Shown here: positions 18,363 through 27,562 of the stretch, in pieces | Position numbering within the stretch: position 1 is the first letter of the stretch | Layout: the number at the start of each line of letters is the position of its first letter | From: Planctomycetota bacterium | GTDB lineage: Bacteria; Planctomycetota; UBA1135; GCA-002686595 | Assembly (NCBI GenBank): GCA_021413885.1 | Contig: JAIOPM010000013.1 | Coordinates: forward strand, 1 to 64,000 | Reading direction: 5' to 3' | DNA length: 64,000 nt | Translations under genes and position numbers: made by a program | Notes under the pieces: generated by a model | Told to the model about the DNA's origin: nothing | Databases searched by the model: none | What the model saw: only the letters and a program-made list of their open reading frames with translations

Positions 18363-18724
18363 CAGGTGGTGCCGTTCTTTGGTGAGCTTCCTGGCCGACC
18401 GGCGCAACGGCGCGGCCAAGTGCGATCGTCGCGGGTGTTTCGGGCGCAACTCCAACGCGTGCCGGGCCTTCTGGTTCGACGCCCGATGCGCGCGGGTTCA
18501 CACCCGCTGCCGCGAGTGTCGAGCAATGTGAACGCTCGCTCCGCGCTTGGAAGCGACGTGGGCGGTTTTCTTGGGCGCGCGAAGTGCGCATGCGCCGTCG
18601 CCGCGCGCCGAGCGACGCGCTCCGATCTCCGCCGCGGCCAAGCACTTGGCGCCGATCTTCGAACTCGCCTGACGCGCGCTCGACCCCGCCTTGTTCAACG
18701 ATTTGAACGGCGCGGTCCGGATGT

Positions 18725-19861
18725 TCACGGAACTGGACGGCCGTCGAGCTCCTCGGCGCGCGTTCGTTCGATCCCGGCGCGCGCCGTCGGATCCGACTCG
18801 CGAGCCTGCGCGGCGTCGAGCGCGTCGCGGACGCCGCGGTCGGCGTGATGCGCGTGAGCGAGCGACCAGGCGCTCGCCTCGCGGACGACGGCGGACGGAT
18901 CGAAGCTCAACGCGTGGAGCAGCGCGTCGCGCCCGCGCTCCGACGGCACGTTGCCGAGGGCGATTGCCGCGTTGCGGGCGAGGCCGGCGCGCTTGGGGCG
19001 TTGGAGTGGCGAGCCGTTCCAGAGCGCGGGATCGTTGCTCGTCAACAGCTCGACCAAGCCCGCGTCGGCGAGCGCGCGGTGGAGCCCGAAACGTTCGGAG
19101 AGGTCGGGGCTCGCGCGACCCCACGGGCAGACTTCCGAACAAACATCGCAACCGAAGGCCCACGGTCCGGTCTTGGAGCGCAGAGCATGCGGCATCGCGG
19201 ACGGACTCTCGATCGTGTGGTAGCTGATGCAGAGCCCGGCATCGACGACGCCGGGCTCGCGGATCGCGCCGGTCGGACACGCGTCGAGGCACGCACGACA
19301 GCTGCCGCAGGTTCCGGCCCCCGCTTCGGAACCGGGGTCGCGCGCGGGCTCGAGCTCCGCGTCGACGACCAACGCCCCGAGGAAGAACCACGGACCGAAG
19401 CGCGGGTGGAGCAGGTTCGCGGCCTTCGACGGGAAGCCGAGTCCGGCGCGGGCCGCGTGCGAGCGCTCGAGCAAAGGCCCGGCGTCGACCACCCGTCGCC
19501 GGTCGCGGATCAGGCCTTCGCGCTGCAGCGCGTTGGCGAGCTTCAACAACCGCTCGCCGACGACGTTGTGGTAGTCGCGCCCGACGGCATAGCGGGCGAC
19601 GCGCCCGCCGCCGGCGAGCTCGAACGCGGGGCGCGAGTGGGCGAGGCCCACCATGACGATGCTGCGCCCGGACGGCAGCAATTTGCGTGGATCGACGATG
19701 CGCTCCCGTTCGTCGGCGAGGTACTCGAGGCCGGCGTGGCGACCCGCGGCGAGCCAGTGGTCGAAGCGCTCGGCGTCCGGCGGAGGAGCACACGGCGCGA
19801 CGCCGGCGAGGTCGAACCCGATTTCGCGCGCGAGTTCCAACGTCCGAGCGGTCGCGTCCAC
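18725..19861 (-). CDS. queG: Epoxyqueuosine reductase QueG (4Fe-4S, B12-dependent)
   Basis: 378 aa. Ferredoxin-type cysteine cluster motifs CGSCRACLDACPTGAI and CDVCSEVCPWG. C-terminal HEAT-like region. Overall QueG similarity. Confidence 0.85.
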   Translation of the reverse strand: MDATARTLELAREIGFDLAGVAPCAPPPDAERFDHWLAAGRHAGLEYLADERERIVDPRKLLPSGRSIVMVGLAHSRPAFELAGGGRVARYAVGRDYHNVVGERLLKLANALQREGLIRDRRRVVDAGPLLERSHAARAGLGFPSKAANLLHPRFGPWFFLGALVVDAELEPARDPGSEAGAGTCGSCRACLDACPTGAIREPGVVDAGLCISYHTIESPSAMPHALRSKTGPWAFGCDVCSEVCPWGRASPDLSERFGLHRALADAGLVELLTSNDPALWNGSPLQRPKRAGLARNAAIALGNVPSERGRDALLHALSFDPSAVVREASAWSLAHAHHADRGVRDALDAAQARESDPTARAGIERTRAEELDGRPVP

Positions 19862-20094
19862 CGCGAGATTCTGCCAGGTTCACGTCCGCCTAAGCGTCCG
19901 GGAGTTCACGGCTTCCGCGGACTCGCGATGGTCGCCGCGTCACTTGACGAGATTCCTCTGATGAGCTCTCGTTACCAATCTCCCTCCCGGCCATAGATCC
20001 GGGTTAGCCTTAACTCCGGCCGTACACGCACCAGCGTGCGCGCCGAAACTCGGACCGACCTCTCACCCCCGTCCCCGAGCCAAGAGCCCGAACG

Positions 20095-21036
20095 ATGCTC
20101 GACGCCGACCTGACCGGTCCCGCCGCTTCCGCGATAGCGAGCGGCTTGGATCGCTCCACGTTGCGGCGGCGCGTTCAATCACTAGGTCGCGAGGTCACCC
20201 ACGGCGAGATCCAACGCATGGTCGCGTTGATCGACGACGGCGAGCGCGCGGTCGATTCGGTTCGCGATGCGGTGTCGACGCGCCTGATGGAAGTGTTCCG
20301 GCTGCGCACGAACCGCGGTTCGTTCTCGCTGCTGTACGAGCTGAACTCCGCGCACCTCCTGGCGCAGGTCTCGAGTTGTCTGCGTCGGTACGGCAACCGC
20401 GCCGACCCTCGCGACGTCCTGCAAGAGGTGTTCTTCAACGTCTATCGCTATCCCCATCGCTTCAACGCGGAACGCGAGGACGCGTTCAGGGTTTGGTCCG
20501 CGATGATCGTGCGCAACACGGTGTTGAAGCACCTGCGCTCGCAAGGACGCAGCGGTCGGATGGAGATCCCGTTCGAGGACCTCGGCGATCAGCCCGAGCC
20601 GGAGATGCGCAACCCGCTCGCCGGCGCGATGGATCAGGAGAGCGAACGCGAGTGCGGCCGCGTCTACCTCACCTACCTCCACCTCTACTTGAAGTTCTAC
20701 TCGATGCTGTCGGCGCGCGAGCGCTCGGCGATCCACCTGGTCGAGGTCGAGGAGTGCAGCTACCGCGACGCGGCCGAACAACTCGGGATCAAGCTCGAGA
20801 ACCTGAAGATGGTGATCTTCCGCGCACGGCGAAAGATCCATCGCGCGATGCGTCGAGTGTTCGAGGGCCTGCCTCCCGAATGCAAGCCCGCGCGGGACCC
20901 GCGTCACGCGGACCTGGAACTCGCGGTCGCCGACGAGTTCGCTGATGAAGCTGATGAAGCTGATGAAGCTGGGGAAGCTGGGGAAGCTGGCGAAGCTGGC
21001 GAAGGCGACGAAGCCACGGAGGGCGATGCGTCATGA
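20095..21036 (+). CDS. ECF-type sigma-70 family sigma factor with an acidic repetitive C-terminal tail
   Basis: Region 2 (..VLQEVFFNVYRYPHRF..) and region 4 (..ERSAIHLVEVEECSYRDAAEQLGIKLENLKMVIFRARRKI..). Tail (DEA)3(GEA)4... The true start may be an internal Met. Confidence 0.7.
   Translation: MLDADLTGPAASAIASGLDRSTLRRRVQSLGREVTHGEIQRMVALIDDGERAVDSVRDAVSTRLMEVFRLRTNRGSFSLLYELNSAHLLAQVSSCLRRYGNRADPRDVLQEVFFNVYRYPHRFNAEREDAFRVWSAMIVRNTVLKHLRSQGRSGRMEIPFEDLGDQPEPEMRNPLAGAMDQESERECGRVYLTYLHLYLKFYSMLSARERSAIHLVEVEECSYRDAAEQLGIKLENLKMVIFRARRKIHRAMRRVFEGLPPECKPARDPRHADLELAVADEFADEADEADEAGEAGEAGEAGEGDEATEGDAS
20944..21015 (+). repeat. Eight tandem 9-bp units (GATGAAGCT x3, GGGGAAGCT x2, GGCGAAGCT x2, then a degenerate unit) encoding the D/G-E-A acidic tail of the sigma factor
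   Basis: Read directly. In-frame trinucleotide-multiple repeat. Confidence 0.8.
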
Positions 21037-22070
21037 GCGGTTGGACGGAAGACATGGCCGATCTGTGCTCGCACTTCCAGCTGGACCTGTCGTGCCTGGT
21101 CGACGGTGAACTCGACGAGTCCGCCGCCGGTCGCGCGATGCTCCACCTCGAGAGCTGCGAGGACTGCCGTCGCTTCTTCGAGGACACGCGCCAATGCATG
21201 CGCATGCACCTCGACATGGCCGATCCGGACCGGCTGATGGCGCGCATGGCGACGTTGACCGGCGCGGATCTGGTCGAGCAGGCGCGCGGCATCGAGCTCG
21301 TCCACCGCCTCGCGACGATCTTCTATCAGCTCGGCAAGGCGTACGTCCTTTCCGCGCTCGACCCGGACTACCGCACGCGCGTGTTCGAAGCCGCGGTGCC
21401 GATCGAGAAGACGCAGACCCAGGGTCGCGGCTTCGTCGACGGCGTCCTCCATGGGAATGGCGGGGGGGACGGCGGGGGCAACGGCGTCGACTGGCAGACG
21501 GCGCGTTCGCTGCTCAACGGTCGTCTGAAGAAGATCGACAGCCCGCTCGAGAAGGGTCGCAAGCTGCTCGAAGAAGCGGTCGCCGCCGATCCGTCCCACG
21601 AAGAGGCGCGCCTCTACCTCGCCTACGTCCACGCGACCGAAGGCCGCGTCCTGCAGGCGGCGGACGAATACCGCGCGATCTTCGACACCGCGATGGTCGA
21701 CGAGAACCGCGGACACGCGATCGTGCAGCTCGGTCGGCTCTACGAAGCCGAGCGCGACTACCGCCGTGCGCTGGTCTGCTTCCGCTGGGTGACGCTCAGC
21801 GGTCTCGCGAACCGCGACCCGCGCTTCTACTACGTGCGCTTCAACATCGGTCTCGAGTACGCCTTGCTCGGCGACCAGACGCGCGCCCTGGATTCTTTCC
21901 GTCGCCTGCTCGACCACGACTCCGGCCGACTGGGTGAGATCGTGACGCTCTTCGCGCGCTCGAAGAACTTGCAACAGACCATCGAGAGCCGCCCAGGCTT
22001 CGCCGACGCGCTCGTGGCCAAGTGCCCCGAGCTCTTCGACCCGACCGCCGGCGAAGGCTCGACGCAGTGA
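21033..22070 (+). CDS. Anti-sigma factor, zinc-finger (ZAS-type HxxxCxxC) N-domain with a TPR-like C-domain; cytoplasmic
   Basis: The ATGA overlap with the sigma gene suggests translational coupling. Motif HLESCEDCRRFF is present, with TPR-like helices downstream. Confidence 0.7.
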   Translation: MSGWTEDMADLCSHFQLDLSCLVDGELDESAAGRAMLHLESCEDCRRFFEDTRQCMRMHLDMADPDRLMARMATLTGADLVEQARGIELVHRLATIFYQLGKAYVLSALDPDYRTRVFEAAVPIEKTQTQGRGFVDGVLHGNGGGDGGGNGVDWQTARSLLNGRLKKIDSPLEKGRKLLEEAVAADPSHEEARLYLAYVHATEGRVLQAADEYRAIFDTAMVDENRGHAIVQLGRLYEAERDYRRALVCFRWVTLSGLANRDPRFYYVRFNIGLEYALLGDQTRALDSFRRLLDHDSGRLGEIVTLFARSKNLQQTIESRPGFADALVAKCPELFDPTAGEGSTQ

Positions 22071-22081
22071 CTTGGAGGTGC

Positions 22082-22738
22082 ATGGTGTTCAAACTCGTGA
22101 TCCAACGAAGAAGCATGATTCCTGAGACGACCAAGACGACGGACCTGCACGCGCGGATGCTGGCGTGCGCACTCCTCGTCCTCGGCGCGGCGAGTGTGTT
22201 TGCCGGCGCGTCCGCGAGCGGACCCTCGAAGGGTTCCGGCGGCGGCGAGGCGATCGGGAGTCTGCCGTGCACGGTGGACGGCTCCGGACAGGACGACTGG
22301 TCCGCAGAGTCGCGCGTCCCGGTGCTCGCGATCCGCGGGTTGCCCAACGATCTGCGCGCGGCGATCACGTCGGCGCAGGGCGACGGTCGGGTCGAACAAC
22401 GCGGCTTCATCGACGGCACGGTCGAGTTCGTGTTCTACGGCCACGTCAGCGTCTGGCTCGACAAGGCGACCCTCGCGGCGAGCTCGATCGCGATCCGCTT
22501 CGACATCAACCCTTCGTTCGGGGCGCACGTCGCCGACGTCAAGGTCGGCGGGATCCAGTCGTCGCGCATGCTGCGCACGGCGACCGATCTGCCGCTCGAC
22601 CTCGACCAACTCCTGTCGATCCCGAAGGTCTCGACCGGCGCGCCGGTGACGATCACCTTGATCAACGCCGCGCACACGCACCAGGTGTTCGGCGTGCGCG
22701 ACGTCGGCGCTTCGATCCGCATCGACCAGCGCAACTGA
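22082..22738 (+). CDS. Secreted hypothetical protein (218 aa)
   Basis: ATG 22082 is preceded by GGAGG. It is followed by a hydrophobic signal-like segment LACALLVLGAASVFAGA. A strong terminator lies downstream. Confidence 0.55.
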   Translation: MVFKLVIQRRSMIPETTKTTDLHARMLACALLVLGAASVFAGASASGPSKGSGGGEAIGSLPCTVDGSGQDDWSAESRVPVLAIRGLPNDLRAAITSAQGDGRVEQRGFIDGTVEFVFYGHVSVWLDKATLAASSIAIRFDINPSFGAHVADVKVGGIQSSRMLRTATDLPLDLDQLLSIPKVSTGAPVTITLINAAHTHQVFGVRDVGASIRIDQRN

Positions 22739-22758
22739 GCCGAGCCGGGTCTCGAATC

Positions 22759-22802
22759 CCTCCGCCTCGCGGCCTTCGGTCGCGAGGCGGAGGAGTTTTT
22801 TT
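22759..22802 (+). terminator. Rho-independent terminator: perfect 13-bp stem CCTCCGCCTCGCG/CGCGAGGCGGAGG, 9-nt loop, then T7 tract
   Basis: Read directly in the sequence. Confidence 0.85.
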
Positions 22803-22885
22803 CCGGGCCGTGAACGTCGCCTCTCGGGCCTACGGTCGACGCCGATAACCGAGCGTCGCGGAGCTCGTCCTCGCTCCGCGCGCCC

Positions 22886-24373
22886 ATGGATCCGGTCTCG
22901 CTCCAAACCGCGCAAGCCACCCTGTTGCGTCCAACCGCCGTCGGTGACGACCTCGCACGGGTTCTGCAACGCGGTCAGGTAGTCGCGGGCGAAGTGCTGC
23001 AGTCTTCCGACGGCGGGAGCGTGTTGCTCGCGATCGGTCGTCAGCGCGTGGCGGCGCAATCGCAGGTCCGACTCGAGGCTGGACAGCGCTTCCTCTTCGA
23101 GGTCGTCGAGAGCTCCGACGGGATCGCGTTGCGCATCGTCGATCCGACGACGGAGGCGAGCGAGTCGCAGCTCCTGCGCGCGTTGCGAGCGGCGATCAGT
23201 GGCACGCAGCCGATCGGCGAGTTGCTCGAAGGGTTGCGCGTGGCGCTCGGCGCCGTCGAGTCCGCGCCGCAGCCGGGTTCACCACTCGCGTTGCTCGCCG
23301 ACGCGCTCGCGCGGCACGTCTGGAATCCGAGCGACGGCGCCGCGACCCTCGCCGAGTTGTTGCAGCGGAACGGCGCGAGCTACGAGGCGCACTTGCTCGA
23401 CGCGGCGCTGCAGAACGGTTCGACGCGCGACCTCGCGAAGTTCGTCGATGCCTTGCGCGCGCAACTCTTCTCCGACGTCGCCGTCGACGCGGAGGGCGCG
23501 GTCGCGCATTCGCCGGAGGAGTTCTTCGCCAAGCTCGGCGACGCGCTGCGCGGCGAGCTCGCGCGCGCCCTCGGCTTCGATGCGTCGACGCCGCGCGTCG
23601 AGCCGGACTGGACCGCGGTCGCGCGCGACCTCAAGGGTTGGATCGGGCGCGCGTTGAGCGCCCTGAGCGCCTCCGGCAAGGATCCTGCGGTCGAGCGCGC
23701 GCTCGTCCGTCTGCGCGCCGTCGACTTCGATTCGTTGACGCGCGGCGAACGCGGGCTGCTCGCCCGCGCGTTGCTGGGAACGGCGCTGTCGATCGGCGAC
23801 GCGCACGATCCGCTGCGCGCACGAGTGCGGCTCGCGTCGGTGCTCGCGGACCTGAAGGCCGAACTCCTGCGCGCGCGAGAGAGCGCGCCGACCGGTGAAG
23901 TGCGCACGTCGGTCGAACGCACGCTCTCCGCGCTCGAGTCGGAGCAACTCTTCAACCTCGCGCGCGCCGAAGGCGGCGAAGCGCGTCACTGGAGCCTGCC
24001 CGTCGCCGACGGCGCGCGGTGGGCGACGCTCGACTTCAGCCACCGCCGCGTCGACGAACACCACGAAGGCGCGACGAACGCCGAGCCCGCGCATCGCCTC
24101 TCGTTCGCCGTCGACTTCTCGGGCACCGGTCCGGTGCGCGCGGATCTGCTCGCGCGGCCGGGTTCGCTCTCGGTGCGCGTCGCGGTCGAGCGCGAGGACG
24201 TGCTCGAACGCCTACGCACGGACCTCGGCGAACTCGAGACGCGTCTCGCGGTCGGCGCTCGCGCGGTGCACATCAGCCTCGTGCGCGCCGAGCCCGGTGA
24301 AGTGTCGGTGCGACCGAGCCTCGCGGACATCCGCTACCTGCGCGAACACCACGTGATGGACCTCCAAGGATGA
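22886..24373 (+). CDS. FliK-like (flagellar hook-length control protein C-terminal domain-like) protein
   Basis: 495-aa Ala/Leu-rich protein. The C-terminal region (..HRLSFAVDFSGTGPVRADLLARPGSLSVRVAVEREDVLERLRTDLGELETRLA..) resembles the FliK C-terminal Flg_hook domain. Translationally coupled (ATGA) to an FlhB-C-like gene. Confidence 0.55.
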   Translation: MDPVSLQTAQATLLRPTAVGDDLARVLQRGQVVAGEVLQSSDGGSVLLAIGRQRVAAQSQVRLEAGQRFLFEVVESSDGIALRIVDPTTEASESQLLRALRAAISGTQPIGELLEGLRVALGAVESAPQPGSPLALLADALARHVWNPSDGAATLAELLQRNGASYEAHLLDAALQNGSTRDLAKFVDALRAQLFSDVAVDAEGAVAHSPEEFFAKLGDALRGELARALGFDASTPRVEPDWTAVARDLKGWIGRALSALSASGKDPAVERALVRLRAVDFDSLTRGERGLLARALLGTALSIGDAHDPLRARVRLASVLADLKAELLRARESAPTGEVRTSVERTLSALESEQLFNLARAEGGEARHWSLPVADGARWATLDFSHRRVDEHHEGATNAEPAHRLSFAVDFSGTGPVRADLLARPGSLSVRVAVEREDVLERLRTDLGELETRLAVGARAVHISLVRAEPGEVSVRPSLADIRYLREHHVMDLQG

Positions 24374-24669
24374 CGTCGTTCTCCGACGACGACGCGGCGC
24401 AAGGCCGCGAGCCGCGCGCGGCGGCGTTGCGCTACGAGCGCTCGGCCGCGCACGCGCCGCGGATCCTGGCGCACGGCCGCGGTGCGACCGCGGAACAGAT
24501 CCTCGCACTCGCTCGCGAGCACGACGTCCCGGTGCGCGAGGACCGCGATCTCGTCGAGCTCCTGTGCGCGTGCGACATCGGCGACGAGATCCCGGTCGAG
24601 CTCTACGGCGCGGTCGCCGAACTCTTGAGCTGGCTCTACGCGCACAACGCGGCTCTCGGTCCGCGCTGA
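24370..24669 (+). CDS. FlhB C-terminal domain-only protein (EscU/YscU/HrcU family, YlqH-like), 99 aa
   Basis: AAALRYERSAAHAPRILAHGRGATAEQILALAREHDVPVREDRDLVELLCACDIGDEIPVELYGAVAELLSWLY matches the conserved pattern of stand-alone FlhB-C proteins. Confidence 0.8.
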   Translation: MTSFSDDDAAQGREPRAAALRYERSAAHAPRILAHGRGATAEQILALAREHDVPVREDRDLVELLCACDIGDEIPVELYGAVAELLSWLYAHNAALGPR

Positions 24670-24694
24670 ACTCCGCGCGAGTACACTGCGCGCC

Positions 24695-25684
24695 ATGGTG
24701 GGCGACGCACGTCCGTGGATCGGTCTGACGCTCGGCGATCCCGCCGGCATCGGGCCCGAGATCTGTCTCGCGGCGCTCGCCGACGCCGAGCTCGCGGGCG
24801 AGCTGCGGCTCGTGTGCTGCGGTCCCGAACGTTTTCGTCCGCGCGACGTGCCGTTGCTCGCGGCGCCGACGCGCGAGACTCTCGCGAGCGTCGAACGCCA
24901 CGCGTGGCTCGCGACGCCGTGCGCCGACGGCATCGCGGTCGGCAAGGTCGAACGCGCGGGCGGCGAAGCGTCGCTCGCCGCGTTGCGCGCCGGCGTCGAC
25001 CTCGCGACCCGCCGCGTCGTCGACTCCCTGGTGACCGCGCCGGTCTCCAAGGAGGCGTTGCACCTCGCGGGCGAGCGCGTCGAAGGCCAGACCGAGCTGC
25101 TCGCGCGTTGGGCGGGCGTCGAGCGCTACGAGATGCTCGCGATCGCCGGGAACTTGCGTGTGATGCTCCTGACCCGCCACATGCCGTTGGTCGAGGCATT
25201 GGCGCGCGTCACGCGCGAGCGCGTGCTCGACCACCTCGTCCTGCTCGACGAAACGCTGCGCGGCCTCGGTTTCGCGAGGCCGAAGCTCGCGTTGGCCGGC
25301 CTGAATCCCCACGCCGGTGAGCACGGGATCCTCGGCCGCGAGGAAATCGAGCGCCTCGAACCCGCCGTCGCCGACGCGCGCGAGCGGGGGCTCGACGTCG
25401 CGGGCCCGCTCTCGCCGGACACCGTCTTCCTCCAAGCGTGGAAGGGCGCGTTCGACGGCGTGCTCGCGCTCTACCACGACCAAGCGTTCATCCCGGTGAA
25501 ACTCGCTGCGCCCGAGACCGGCCTGACCCTGATCGCCGGGTTGCCGTACACGCGGATCTCGCCGGCCCATGGAACCGCCTTCGACATCGCCGGCAAGGGC
25601 GTCGCCTCGCCTCGGAACTTGAAGGTAGCGCTGCGCCAGGCGGCGGCTTGGGCGCGAACGAGCGTCACTGCGTCGGGCCGCTAG
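24695..25684 (+). CDS. pdxA: 4-hydroxythreonine-4-phosphate dehydrogenase PdxA family
   Basis: IGLTLGDPAGIGPEI.., ..GLNPHAGE.., ..YHDQ.., ..PYTRISPAHGTAFDIAGKG.. are PdxA signature segments. Confidence 0.85.
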   Translation: MVGDARPWIGLTLGDPAGIGPEICLAALADAELAGELRLVCCGPERFRPRDVPLLAAPTRETLASVERHAWLATPCADGIAVGKVERAGGEASLAALRAGVDLATRRVVDSLVTAPVSKEALHLAGERVEGQTELLARWAGVERYEMLAIAGNLRVMLLTRHMPLVEALARVTRERVLDHLVLLDETLRGLGFARPKLALAGLNPHAGEHGILGREEIERLEPAVADARERGLDVAGPLSPDTVFLQAWKGAFDGVLALYHDQAFIPVKLAAPETGLTLIAGLPYTRISPAHGTAFDIAGKGVASPRNLKVALRQAAAWARTSVTASGR

Positions 25685-25772
25685 CCCTTCGTTCGAGGTA
25701 CATTAGAATCGCCGAGCGCTCTCCGTCCGCGTCCGTCGATCCACACCCCGCTCCCCACCCAGGTCCGACCGA

Positions 25773-27407
25773 ATGAGCCGCAAGAAGATCGTTCTCTATC
25801 AGCCCCAGCAGGTCGACCGCGGCATCGGGCCCCGTTGCTCGGGCGACATGTTGCCGCTCGAGATGCTCTGCATCTCTTCCCTGCTCGTACGCGAGGGCTA
25901 CGAGATCCAGATCATCGACGCCAACCTCTACGACGAAGAGGAAGGCCATCGGCGGGCGGTCGAGGCGTGCGAGGGCGCGTTGCTCTACGCGACCAGCGGC
26001 ATCCTCGGTTACATGGTGACCGACGGCTTCAACTGCTCGACCAAGGTCAAGGCCAAGCATCCGAAGTTGCCGATGATCATCGGCGGTTGGTTCGCGTCGG
26101 TGCGGCCGGACCTGCAACTCGGCACCGGGCTCTACGACGCCGTCGTGCTCGCGCAGGGCGAAGTCAGCTTCTACGAGCTCGTCAAGGCGATCGAGTCGGG
26201 CACCCCGTTCGACGACATCGCCGGCCTCGCGTTGATGCGCGACGGCCAGATGGTGAAGACGGCGAAGCGCGCGGTCATCGGTTGGGAGAAGCTCCCGAAC
26301 CTGCCGTGGCACCTGATCGACATCGAGCCGTATCGCGAGATGCAACTGCGCGCGGACAGCCACAAGCAGATCCTCCGCATGCCGACGCCGCCGGCGATGG
26401 GCGCGCGCAAGCCGTACTTCGGCATCACGTACTTCTCGAGCTACGGCTGCCCCGAGCCGTGCACGTTCTGTTGCTCGCCGATCGTCACCGATCGCCGTTG
26501 GAAGGCGATGCCGGCGGATCGGATGCTCGACGATCTCTCCGAGCTCAAGGAGCGTTGGAACTTCGACGTCGTCCGCTTCCACGACGCCAACTTCGGCGTG
26601 ATGCAAAAGCGCGTGAAGGAGTTCGCCGAGGGGATGCTCAGCCGGAACCTGAAGTTCCACTGGAACGCGTTCCTCGAGACGCACTCGATCCTGACGTACA
26701 AGGCGGACGTCCTCGACGCGCTCGCGGCGAGCGGTCTCTACATCGCCGAGATCGGCGCCGAAGCCGGCACCGACCAGATGATGTCGAAGATCGGCAAGCC
26801 GATTCACGGCGACGACAACATCAATGCCGCCGTCGAGATGGACAAGCGCGGCATCTGCTCGTCGGTGACCTACATCATCGGGTACCCGGGCGAGCAGCCC
26901 GAGTCGATGATCGCGACGATCGATCAATGTCGTCGGCTCCACGTCGCCGCGCCGCTCGCGCGTCCGACCGTGTGGCCGTATCGCCCGATTCCCGGCACGG
27001 TGATGTGGGATCAAGCGGTTTCGATGGGTTACCAACCGCCGCAGAAGATCAACGAGTGGGGCTCGATCGGCGAGTACCACCTCGAAGAGACGTGGCCGGG
27101 CAAGATCCCGCCGCACGTCGCCGAGCGACGCAAGCTCTACCAACACTTCGTGACGCTCTCGTACGGCCTCGCCCGCGGCAAGGTCGGTTGGTGGGAGAAG
27201 CGCGCGGAGAAACGTCTGCGCGAGAACAACTTCAAGGGCGGCATCTGGGAGGCGCGCGCGTTCGACGTCTTCAACCGCGTCGAGAAGAAGATCCGCCCGC
27301 GCGAAGAGGTCAGCCGTTCGTGGGTCGACCCGGGCCACAAGACCGGTACGGCCGGCAACGCCGCGTCGAAGAGCACCAAGGCGATGACCGGCGCGACGCA
27401 CGGTTGA
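25773..27407 (+). CDS. B12-binding domain-containing radical SAM protein (class B radical SAM enzyme), substrate unknown
   Basis: N-terminal Rossmann-like B12-binding region, then CPEPCTFC (CxxxCxxC) cluster motif, and a long C-terminal extension. Codon usage is slightly lower in GC than its neighbours. Confidence 0.75.
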   Translation: MSRKKIVLYQPQQVDRGIGPRCSGDMLPLEMLCISSLLVREGYEIQIIDANLYDEEEGHRRAVEACEGALLYATSGILGYMVTDGFNCSTKVKAKHPKLPMIIGGWFASVRPDLQLGTGLYDAVVLAQGEVSFYELVKAIESGTPFDDIAGLALMRDGQMVKTAKRAVIGWEKLPNLPWHLIDIEPYREMQLRADSHKQILRMPTPPAMGARKPYFGITYFSSYGCPEPCTFCCSPIVTDRRWKAMPADRMLDDLSELKERWNFDVVRFHDANFGVMQKRVKEFAEGMLSRNLKFHWNAFLETHSILTYKADVLDALAASGLYIAEIGAEAGTDQMMSKIGKPIHGDDNINAAVEMDKRGICSSVTYIIGYPGEQPESMIATIDQCRRLHVAAPLARPTVWPYRPIPGTVMWDQAVSMGYQPPQKINEWGSIGEYHLEETWPGKIPPHVAERRKLYQHFVTLSYGLARGKVGWWEKRAEKRLRENNFKGGIWEARAFDVFNRVEKKIRPREEVSRSWVDPGHKTGTAGNAASKSTKAMTGATHG

Positions 27408-27430
27408 ACGCGCTCGACGGTTCGTTACAA

Positions 27431-27469
27431 GCGGCCCTGCTCGTTCGCGAGCGGGGCCGCTTTCGTTCC
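27431..27469 (+). terminator. Rho-independent terminator: 13-bp stem (one G-U pair) with UUCG tetraloop, then TTTCGTTCC
   Basis: GCGGCCCTGCTCG-TTCG-CGAGCGGGGCCGC read directly, 24 nt after the stop of the radical SAM gene. Confidence 0.7.
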
Positions 27470-27562
27470 GGCGCGAACACGCGCCGCGCGAAATCGATTC
27501 GCGCCTCCCGCGGCGGCGTTCTAGAGTTCGACGAAGTCTCGACACCTCCCAGGATTCGACGC

